The notes below the pieces were generated by a model. It had not been told where the DNA came from. It did not search any database and worked only from the letters and a program-made list of their open reading frames with translations. DNA of 64,000 nucleotides from an uncultured Candidatus Saccharibacteria bacterium (lineage in GTDB: Bacteria > Patescibacteriota > Saccharimonadia > Saccharimonadales > AWTP1-31). Below are positions 18,261-26,050 of the stretch, in pieces (the stretch's first letter is position 1; every line of letters begins with the position of its first letter). Position numbers and translations under genes: made by a program. The stretch lies in the NCBI GenBank assembly GCA_964629815.1, contig CAZVTA010000002.1:194096-258095 (forward strand). Reading direction: 5' to 3'.

Positions 18261-20911
18261 TGAATAGACAACAATTGGTTTTAGCAGTTTTTGGCGGAGT
18301 GCTTTTTATGGGAGTGGCTCTTCTTTGGGCGCCCAGCGCAAATGCGGCAGGCGAGCCAGTAACTGTAGTTACCGGAGGTCCCGGCGTAAGCTCGAATGAT
18401 CCAATGCCAGAATTTACGTTTGTTGCCGATGTTGAAGGATCTTCATTCCGATGTCAGATAGACAGCGATCCGGCTGTTTCTTGTACGTCCCCCTATGTTG
18501 TGCCGGAGCCTCTTATTGATGGTATACATATCTTTAGTGTGAGTGCCGCCGCACCTGGAACCGAAGATTTTAATCCTTCGGCTGCTGAATATCCTTGGAG
18601 CTATACTTATGATGCAGAAACAGCCACGAACATTCATTCGTGCGAAGAGCTACAACTCATCGGGCATCACGGCAGCTATTCGCCTGCAAGTGACTACAGG
18701 CTTGCGCATGACATTGATTGTTCTGATACTGTGAACTGGAATAGTGGCCAGGGCTTTGAACCCTTGGCAAGTTTTGCCGACAGATTCACGGGGGTATTCG
18801 ATGGCGATGGCTACGCCATAAATGATCTGGTAATAAATAGAGATCCAAGTCCCACGCTTGGATTGTTTACGTATGTTCAGGGTGCGAGCTTTATCGATCT
18901 GGAAATTAGTGGTTCTGTACATAACACATCTACTGAGCTCAGTACTTGTATGGGTGGGCTGGCTGGATTTGTGTTTGATACGGTTACAATTGACGGCTTA
19001 TCAAGTTCTGTAAGCATTACGAGTGCCACGAATGATAATACTGGCGGAGGACTTGTAGGCTGTATTTCTTCCGATACTGGTCACAGTTCGATATCTAATT
19101 CACAGGTAGATGCAATAGTTGGGACGGGTGCGGCTGGAGGTTTAATAGGTGATGCTAATTTGTCTGATTCAGCAAGTTTAACCGTGAGTAATACATCGAC
19201 TTCAGGATCTGCCGAAGGGAACAATCGCGCGGCCGGGTTGATTTCGTATGTAAACTATGTGTGGGACGAAACGGCAGTCAGTACCCCGCTAATTATTGAA
19301 GATAGCACATCTACCATGGCTGTTTCAGCAAATGGCAATGCCGGCGGTCTTATCGCTAACTTGGCGCTTGATGGGCAGCCAGATTCAATCACTAACTCAA
19401 GTTTCTCAGGCACTATAAATGCTACTAGCGGTGGCAATGCCGGCGGTCTTATCGCTTCGGTTGCAAATACAGCAAATCCAGCGACACTTACGATATCAGA
19501 AAGTTTCGCTTCAACAGGGATTGTAGCTGACTCTGGCAATGCCGGCGGTCTTATCGCTGAGACAAATGCAGACCTTGAGCTTATCATCGAGCGTTCATAT
19601 GGTGCTGGGATTATTGATACCGCAGCAAGTTATGTTGGAGGGCTTGTAGGTCATGCCCAAGGATCTATAAGCATAACAGACTCGTACACCGACATTGTGT
19701 TGGACGGTACGACACGCATTGGCGGACTCATTGGTAGTGCAGAAGATGCAGATATCACTAACTCATTTGCCTTTGGAGGCATCGAAAGTACAGCAAGTAT
19801 TTTGGGCGGACTGGTTGGTGAGCTCTCAAACAGTTCAATTACGGATTCGTTTGCGTCAATGACTATCGCATCGACATGGCCAACAACGGTGGGTGGATTA
19901 ATGGGTACAAACTACGACGTGACTGTATCAAATAGCTATGTTGACACATGGCTGGGGAACAAGAGTTGTGATTCTACGGCCGGCGTAGGCTCGTCTAGCT
20001 CAGTCGACTGTACTGAAATAAGTGAAGCAAATTATTTTTTCAATAATGAAGTAAATTCACCAATAGATAATTGGAATTACGATACGGTCTGGCAAACTAA
20101 TGACTTTTTCTTCCCGTGCCTACAATGGCAAGATTACTGCCAATCGTTCGAGCCACAGGTACAATGCGAACAGCCCGATGCAACAGCAACCACCATTACT
20201 GGTGTATGTAGTATGTTGGTACGCGAAGGCTATAATTATGGAGAGACAACATGGGAAGCGCGTTATAAAAAAGCAACTGACGATACGTACCAACCAGTAA
20301 CTTTGGCCGATATAACCGAAGCACGTGCGACTATTGTTGGGCTTCAACCGGAAACAAGTTACTATCTAGAATATCGATTCACGAACGATTGGGGTACTGG
20401 CGACTGGGAGCGACAAGAATTTCTTACGCCAGCACTAACAGATATTAATATCGACATGACTTCGGCAGAAGACGCATCGCTTGTAAACTTTGTGGCTAAT
20501 GGTTGCGAACAGTTGGGAGATTGGCAGATGCTTAAAGAGAGCAACCTGGCAACACAAGATGTAGCGTACAATTATTCTGCTGGGTTAGTAGCATTCAATT
20601 TACTGAGCTGCCCAATTGGAGGTCAAGCAACTATTAGACTAACCTTTACGACCAACAAGAATCCTGAAGAGGTGGTTCTGAGAAAATATAATCAGACGCT
20701 GAAAACATTTACGTCGTTAACCCCGTCTAATAGTGGCATTACACTGGCACGAACAACACTCGAAGGTAAATCAGCTATAACGGCCACATACACAATTATA
20801 GATGGCGGAGTACTAGATCAAGACGGCATAGCCAACGGTGAAATACTTGATCCTGTAGGCATGGCCTCTTTAGTAGTCAGTGTGCCAAATACTGGGCTAG
20901 AACGACAATAG
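18260..20911 (+). CDS. large secreted GLUG-repeat surface protein with an FN3-like domain
   Basis: Signal peptide ...LLWAPSANA. Head module CEELQLIG...YRLAHDIDCSDTVNWNSGQGFEPL...FDGDGYAINDLVINR. More than 12 GGL[IV]G/A repeats, one FN3-like segment, and a C-terminal IIDGGVLDQDGIANGEILDPVG followed by VPNTGLERQ. Confidence 0.8.
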   Translation: MNRQQLVLAVFGGVLFMGVALLWAPSANAAGEPVTVVTGGPGVSSNDPMPEFTFVADVEGSSFRCQIDSDPAVSCTSPYVVPEPLIDGIHIFSVSAAAPGTEDFNPSAAEYPWSYTYDAETATNIHSCEELQLIGHHGSYSPASDYRLAHDIDCSDTVNWNSGQGFEPLASFADRFTGVFDGDGYAINDLVINRDPSPTLGLFTYVQGASFIDLEISGSVHNTSTELSTCMGGLAGFVFDTVTIDGLSSSVSITSATNDNTGGGLVGCISSDTGHSSISNSQVDAIVGTGAAGGLIGDANLSDSASLTVSNTSTSGSAEGNNRAAGLISYVNYVWDETAVSTPLIIEDSTSTMAVSANGNAGGLIANLALDGQPDSITNSSFSGTINATSGGNAGGLIASVANTANPATLTISESFASTGIVADSGNAGGLIAETNADLELIIERSYGAGIIDTAASYVGGLVGHAQGSISITDSYTDIVLDGTTRIGGLIGSAEDADITNSFAFGGIESTASILGGLVGELSNSSITDSFASMTIASTWPTTVGGLMGTNYDVTVSNSYVDTWLGNKSCDSTAGVGSSSSVDCTEISEANYFFNNEVNSPIDNWNYDTVWQTNDFFFPCLQWQDYCQSFEPQVQCEQPDATATTITGVCSMLVREGYNYGETTWEARYKKATDDTYQPVTLADITEARATIVGLQPETSYYLEYRFTNDWGTGDWERQEFLTPALTDINIDMTSAEDASLVNFVANGCEQLGDWQMLKESNLATQDVAYNYSAGLVAFNLLSCPIGGQATIRLTFTTNKNPEEVVLRKYNQTLKTFTSLTPSNSGITLARTTLEGKSAITATYTIIDGGVLDQDGIANGEILDPVGMASLVVSVPNTGLERQ
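19334..19558 (+). repeat. three perfect 24-nt direct repeats inside the GLUG gene
   Basis: ggcaatgccggcggtcttatcgct occurs at 19334-19357, 19433-19456 and 19535-19558. All copies are in frame and encode GNAGGLIA. Confidence 0.9.
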
Positions 20912-20928
20912 ACCGTTATACTAAGTAC

Positions 20929-21582
20929 ATGAGATTGCCAGTAAGTCTGAAACGATTCACGAAGAAACAAAAGCTTATTGTAGTATGTAGCGTGGCTGTA
21001 ATCGTCTTGTCTGTTGCGGGATATATATCTTTATTTAGAACCCAAATATCCAGCACCACTAAAGCAGATGTGATCACGTATTCTACCGACACGCCAGACG
21101 AAAATCCGCCAGGTAACGACTTCAAATGGCAAGGAGACAAACTAGACCCTAAGTATATTTCTCTTCCATCTATCAATGCGGGTGGTTATCTTCAGAATGT
21201 TGGCGTAGATCAGAATAAAGCAGTGGCGGTACCTAATAATATTCATATGGCAGGCTGGTTTGTAGATAGTGTGCGACCTGGTGCAATGGGAAATAGTATC
21301 ATTGACGGTCATGTAAATGGTCGCAAGAATGACGGAATTTTCAAGAATCTTGAAAAACTAAAAAAGGGCGATCAATTTTTAGTTGAGTTTGGTGATGGCA
21401 GCAAGAAAACCTTTGAAGTGGACGAGATTGTGACACTAAAGACCGAGGAGTCTGCTAGTGTTCTATTCTCGCAAAAGCCGAGCATTAAAAACCAGCTCAA
21501 TCTTATTACTTGTGGTGGTGCTTTTGATAAGCAATTACAACAGTATAGTGAACGTGTGATTGCAGTAACTAAAGCTTTGTAG
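20929..21582 (+). CDS. sortase-family transpeptidase (class E/F-like)
   Basis: N-terminal signal anchor. Catalytic triad context IIDGHVNG (His), NLITCGG (Cys), SERVIAV (Arg). TATACT at 20917-20922 lies 6 nt before the ATG. Confidence 0.85.
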   Translation: MRLPVSLKRFTKKQKLIVVCSVAVIVLSVAGYISLFRTQISSTTKADVITYSTDTPDENPPGNDFKWQGDKLDPKYISLPSINAGGYLQNVGVDQNKAVAVPNNIHMAGWFVDSVRPGAMGNSIIDGHVNGRKNDGIFKNLEKLKKGDQFLVEFGDGSKKTFEVDEIVTLKTEESASVLFSQKPSIKNQLNLITCGGAFDKQLQQYSERVIAVTKAL

Positions 21583-21662
21583 GAAAGATTGACAACATTT
21601 TTGTAAGCTTAACTCTGGTATACTCATACAAAGATAGTTGACAGAACATAGGGGGAATAAGA

Positions 21663-22157
21663 GTGGACGATATAATCAGACCAGAGAAGAAAGCAGAGCA
21701 GCCAGAGGAATCGCCGAAAGCAGAAAAGGCGCACCGTCGACGGCGTATTGTGTTGCCAAAAGTTAGCAAGAAGGCGGGCAAAAGACTGCTCATAGTTGCA
21801 ATTATCGGGCTTGTATTGGGTGGTGTGTACTATGCAGGAATAAAGAAGGGCGAAAGTCGATCAAAGGCAGCAAACAGTAAATTATCTTCAAGCACGACGA
21901 AAAAAGCAAATGACACGGCTTCAAACCGTTGGACTAGTGTTGGTACTGTCCTAGAGGTTTCAGCCGATTCAATTAAGGTCAAGGATTCTCGTGGCGAAAC
22001 AAAACAGGCCAAGATTACCAAGGATACCGTCGTTGTCGACAAGAAAGGTACAAAACTTTCGGCTAAGGATATTAAGAAGGATCAGCGCGTAATTGTGTCG
22101 GGTACTAAAGATGCCAAGAATAATTTAACTACATCAAGAATTCGCATACAGCAGTAG
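21663..22157 (+). CDS. membrane-anchored hypothetical protein (paralog of 48545-49024)
   Basis: GTG start, basic N-terminus, TM helix LLIVAIIGLVLGGVYYAGI. The C-terminal beta-rich domain aligns by eye with the 159-aa ORF at 48545-49024. Confidence 0.6.
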   Translation: MDDIIRPEKKAEQPEESPKAEKAHRRRRIVLPKVSKKAGKRLLIVAIIGLVLGGVYYAGIKKGESRSKAANSKLSSSTTKKANDTASNRWTSVGTVLEVSADSIKVKDSRGETKQAKITKDTVVVDKKGTKLSAKDIKKDQRVIVSGTKDAKNNLTTSRIRIQQ

Positions 22158-22160
22158 TGC

Positions 22161-23096
22161 ATGAGAAAGCCAAGGTATAGGGTTGCGATATTTGTAGTTG
22201 GTATATTACTTCTCGCAGTCATGTTTTTGCTCGGCAGAAATAGTAGGACGCGGAGCACTTTGTCCAAAGACACAGACATACTATCTGCTGTCAGCACGGA
22301 AAATGTACATCCGATCCAGTTTGATGCTATTCAGGATAAAACAGAAATTAATGGCTTAGTGGCTCATGCTTTTGGCATGGTGGATGGCGAGTCATATACA
22401 AATTCCATCGAAGCATTCAATGTTAGCTACAAGCAAGGATTTCGTCTGTTCGAGGTAGACTTTATGCCGCTGAAAGACGGCAATATAATTACGGCTCATG
22501 ACCTACACGAACAGAATTTTGGGCTGACCGGTGCTTTTACCGACTATTCAAAAGCGGATTTAATTGGCAAAAAATATAATGGCAAATACACCCCATTATT
22601 TGCCGAAGAATTTATCGAACTACTCAGAAAATACCCCGATATTCACGTCATTTTAGATACTAAAGCAGGCCACACGGATATTATTCGAACACTTGTGCGT
22701 ACAGCTAAAGGCGATCCAAGCGTACTCGATCGGCTTATACCGCATGTATCAAATCAAGAAAATTATGACGCTGTTATGGCGGAGTACAAGTTTCCACAAA
22801 CGATGCTTGCACTGTATCGTCTGCTGTCGCTACAGAAAATGTCCCAAGAAGAAATTGTTGGCTATATTCATAAAAACAACATAGCCGCGGTAATGATTAA
22901 CATAAAAGAAGATGATGCAACGCTTGCGAATATTGGAAATGATGGCCCTGGCAAGTTCTCATTCAGAAAGTTCCATGAGCTGCTAAACAAAGAGCGCATT
23001 CCGCATTATGTTCATAGTGCAAAGACTGTAGAAGATGTAGCGCGTTTTAGAGACATGGGTGTCGGCGTGTACTCTGATGGAGCATGGCTAAAATAA
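22161..23096 (+). CDS. glycerophosphodiester phosphodiesterase-like (GDPD/PI-PLC-X-like) membrane-anchored protein
   Basis: N-terminal TM helix. VAHAFGMVDGESYTNSIEAFNVSYKQGFRLFEVDFMPLKDGNIITAHD follows the GDPD pattern (H..G...N...A......G....E.D......G.....HD). Confidence 0.5.
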   Translation: MRKPRYRVAIFVVGILLLAVMFLLGRNSRTRSTLSKDTDILSAVSTENVHPIQFDAIQDKTEINGLVAHAFGMVDGESYTNSIEAFNVSYKQGFRLFEVDFMPLKDGNIITAHDLHEQNFGLTGAFTDYSKADLIGKKYNGKYTPLFAEEFIELLRKYPDIHVILDTKAGHTDIIRTLVRTAKGDPSVLDRLIPHVSNQENYDAVMAEYKFPQTMLALYRLLSLQKMSQEEIVGYIHKNNIAAVMINIKEDDATLANIGNDGPGKFSFRKFHELLNKERIPHYVHSAKTVEDVARFRDMGVGVYSDGAWLK

Positions 23097-23115
23097 AAAC
23101 TACCTCCTTAGGTAG
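23095..23115 (-). terminator. terminator downstream of tRNA(CAT)
   Basis: The minus strand reads ctacct-aagg-aggtag followed by TTTTT. Confidence 0.6.
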
Positions 23116-23121
23116 TCTTGG

Positions 23122-23197
23122 TGGTGGGGGTGGTTGGAATCGAACCAACTACCAAGCGGTTATGAGCCGCCTGCTCTAACCGATGAGCTACACCCCC
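23122..23197 (-). tRNA. tRNA with CAT anticodon, Ile2 (lysidine-type)-like; elongator Met not excluded
   Basis: Manual cloverleaf: GGGGGTG-TA-GCTC-ATCGGTTA-GAGC-A-GGCGG-CTCATAA-CCGCT-TGGTA-GTTGG-TTCGATT-CCAAC-CACCCCC-A-CCA. The anticodon arm and variable region resemble E. coli ileX as I recall it. CCA is encoded. Confidence 0.85.
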
Positions 23198-23277
23198 AGG
23201 TGCCGGAAGATAATATTTCGGTTAACAGAGGTGATTATAGCAAGTTTAGGCGATAACAGCAAAATTCGTACTATAAT

Positions 23278-23727
23278 ATGGTTATGTTTGGAAAAATAAA
23301 AAGCAGCATAAAGCCGTACCTACCGTTGCTCACTGATAGCCGTACGCTGGGATTAATAGCATTTGGATTCGTTGCCATTCTTGTTAGCTGGAGTGGTGTA
23401 AAAGCAATTCAGACAAACTACGAGCTGCAAAAGCAGATTGCTCGTATGCAGCAAGAGAATGATGTTAAGAAACTCGAGAATGATAACCAGCGTCTCAAAA
23501 ACGAATACTATAAAACCGATCAGTTCCTGGAGCTTGCTGCACGGCGACAGTTTGGTAAGGCAGCAGAAGGCGAGCGGATATATATAGTGCCCAAAGAGGT
23601 TGCACTTGCCAATATCGTGGCTTCAAAGAAAGCAGAATCTAAAGCAACTGAAATTAAAACTTCTAAGTCTAAAGCGGCTCGTAATATCGAAGCATGGATT
23701 AACTTCTATTTGAACCGCGGCGACTAG
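23278..23727 (+). CDS. septum formation initiator (FtsB/DivIC-like)
   Basis: TM helix LGLIAFGFVAILVSWSGV, a coiled coil, then FLELAARRQFGKAAEGERIYIVP. The start may be ATG 23284, 6 nt after TATAAT (23272-23277). Confidence 0.7.
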   Translation: MVMFGKIKSSIKPYLPLLTDSRTLGLIAFGFVAILVSWSGVKAIQTNYELQKQIARMQQENDVKKLENDNQRLKNEYYKTDQFLELAARRQFGKAAEGERIYIVPKEVALANIVASKKAESKATEIKTSKSKAARNIEAWINFYLNRGD

Positions 23728-23730
23728 TAC

Positions 23731-24252
23731 TTATATGAGAGCTTGAGCAATAAGCAAGAATATCAAGATACTAATAAAGTCTTGAACAACAGTGGCGATT
23801 GGACCGCTTGCTTCTGCTGGGTCACTGTGCATTCTCCAGAAAAAATATGGCAAAACAGATCCTGTTACGAGCGACCCCATCGTGCCTCCGATCAGTGATA
23901 GACCCACCACAATGCCAAGACGCGGGTTACTATTGACTATCCATATTGCAGCACAGGCAATAGAGCCAATTATTACTGCAACGGCGCTAACGATAACTAC
24001 CTGTCTTTTCAAAAATCCACCAAAATCAAAACGTCCTTTTTTGTGTAATTCACGAATAATCATGCTTTCCATCTGGGTTCCGACCGAATCACTCATGTTC
24101 AGGATTAAGGGAATAAAACTTGCCAGTACAAGATTTGTAGATAGTGTTTCCTCGAATCCGGTAATGATTTTAGCAATAATCAGACTTAGACCGAGTCCGA
24201 TCAGTAGCCATAAAACACGAGTCTTAATTTCGTGATAATAGTTCATTAACAC
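23731..24252 (-). CDS. MgtE-like divalent-cation transporter, membrane domain only
   Basis: 173 aa with five TM helices. SDSVGTQMESMIIRELH and GPIATVVQDFISILIFL resemble the MgtE TM domain. No N-terminal CBS region. Confidence 0.55.
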   Translation of the reverse strand: MLMNYYHEIKTRVLWLLIGLGLSLIIAKIITGFEETLSTNLVLASFIPLILNMSDSVGTQMESMIIRELHKKGRFDFGGFLKRQVVIVSAVAVIIGSIACAAIWIVNSNPRLGIVVGLSLIGGTMGSLVTGSVLPYFFWRMHSDPAEASGPIATVVQDFISILIFLLIAQALI

Positions 24253-24337
24253 TATTTAAGCATAACTATAATAAAAGCTCGAATCTATAAGAGTAGTAGT
24301 GCAAACTGTGTCAAAATATATTATCATAAGCGTAAAT

Positions 24338-26050
24338 ATGAGGCGTAAAGTAATATCATCGTTAAGGCCATCTCGTGTTTTAAGTAGTTTTCGATCTTCA
24401 AACGAGAAACGCGCCCAACTTTCTTTGTGGGCGGTATTTTTTATTATGGTTGGCATTACCACCTTGCTCGCAACTAAAGCCGCAACGCCGACGGCATCGA
24501 TTGAGCCAGAAAACTCATCCCGAAGCGGTTCTTTGTCTGTACAGACAGGCGGACAATCGAGCGGAACGGGATATGTACGCTTTGGGTCGGTCGCAAACCA
24601 AGATGCAAATCTTGCCAAATTACTTGCTGCAACTTCCCGGAACAAATCTGCTGATAATCCAGCCAATGTTAATAAGCCGTCTGCAGGATTAGAGAATGAC
24701 TCGTCATTATTTAGTAGTTCATATGTAGGCACATACACTGGGAGTACCGACCCGAGTGTTACTCCGGGCGAAGGTTTTGGTGAGTTTAGGGCTGAATGCG
24801 ATTTTTCGCATTATGCCTATGATGATCCGATCGTGTATCCAAACCAGCCGGGCAAGGCCCATTTACATATGATTTTCGGTAATACGCATACTAATGCATA
24901 CTCAAATTACAATAGCCTATTGAACTCGGGAAATAGCACATGTAACGGCCATGAGCTAAACAGGACTGCATACTGGGTTCCCGCAGTTATTGATCAAGAC
25001 GGAAACCCTAGGCGTCCCATAAAAGTGCTTATTTATTATAAGTCGTATAGTATTACGAACACCCAAACAGATTCCTGGGCCCCAGGCAATAATGGTCTTG
25101 AGTATGTAAAGCCTTTTGTTTTTCCGGAAGGGTTAATGATGGTGAATAATTTTACACGCTGTACAGCAAGCCTTAGTTGGACGACGGTAAACCTTGGTTC
25201 GGGATGCCCGACAGCAAATCAACAGGTAACGTTAGGTGCGAATAATCAAGAAATTCGTATGACGGCGGCTTGGACGTGTGGGATAGTCTGGGACAACGGT
25301 TCTCATAACGGCGGAGATTATGAAACGTATGTCGATGGAACGCAAATACCCACGTGCCCTGCAACAGGAAGTGTAACAGATAATCCGGTACGTACTTTAC
25401 AGCAGCACGTAGTATTTCCTTACTGCTCCAACAATAGTAGCGATATGAAAAATCGTGACTATACTACGATAAAGAATGATATGCACTGGAATATCTCTTG
25501 GTCTTGGTTCTTTGCCGTATGCCCGAGTGACTATAAATACAAAGTACCACAGATACAGTACAAGATCAGCTATCCTATATATCCGGGAGAAGACACTTCC
25601 AAGTGGTATCTTTCATCTGATATTGACCCAGCAAACGGGCAGATTAAAACTACTAATTACCAATACTACTCAGATGATCAGACTACAATAAACTATAAGA
25701 CTGCAAAGAATGGCGCAACATCACATGGTGACTGGTTTGGTGGCTGGAACCGAACTGTGCTTGATCAATGGCTGCACGCTTGCAATTTCGTTGATGGAGC
25801 AGACTGCGCCGAAGGTGTTTTTCCTGTGCCGATTAGTGCAGCAACAAAAGCATTAGTTAAGCCAACACGAGTACCGCTCATTCCTAATACAAGCAAACCA
25901 TATAACGGCTGGTATACACTTACGAATAATGATGTATTTAAGGTAAATGGTCAGCAATTGCACCAAGAAGTTTGTGGCGCTCCAAAGCGCTTCACGGTTA
26001 ACGGAACCACTATACCCAAGGGTGCTGATATAGCGTACTGTACGCCTTAG
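24338..26050 (+). CDS. secreted DUF1996-domain protein
   Basis: Signal anchor, then FRAECDFSHYAYDDPIVYPNQPGKAHLHMIFGNT (DUF1996 signature as I recall it). Start placed at ATG 24338 (MRRKV). Confidence 0.65.
   Translation: MRRKVISSLRPSRVLSSFRSSNEKRAQLSLWAVFFIMVGITTLLATKAATPTASIEPENSSRSGSLSVQTGGQSSGTGYVRFGSVANQDANLAKLLAATSRNKSADNPANVNKPSAGLENDSSLFSSSYVGTYTGSTDPSVTPGEGFGEFRAECDFSHYAYDDPIVYPNQPGKAHLHMIFGNTHTNAYSNYNSLLNSGNSTCNGHELNRTAYWVPAVIDQDGNPRRPIKVLIYYKSYSITNTQTDSWAPGNNGLEYVKPFVFPEGLMMVNNFTRCTASLSWTTVNLGSGCPTANQQVTLGANNQEIRMTAAWTCGIVWDNGSHNGGDYETYVDGTQIPTCPATGSVTDNPVRTLQQHVVFPYCSNNSSDMKNRDYTTIKNDMHWNISWSWFFAVCPSDYKYKVPQIQYKISYPIYPGEDTSKWYLSSDIDPANGQIKTTNYQYYSDDQTTINYKTAKNGATSHGDWFGGWNRTVLDQWLHACNFVDGADCAEGVFPVPISAATKALVKPTRVPLIPNTSKPYNGWYTLTNNDVFKVNGQQLHQEVCGAPKRFTVNGTTIPKGADIAYCTP

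Noticed and set aside
19334-19558. Regularly spaced identical 24-nt repeats that could look like a mini CRISPR array.
   Set aside because: There are only three copies. All are in frame within a long ORF and encode the GLUG motif GNAGGLIA. The spacers are homologous coding repeats, and there are no cas genes.
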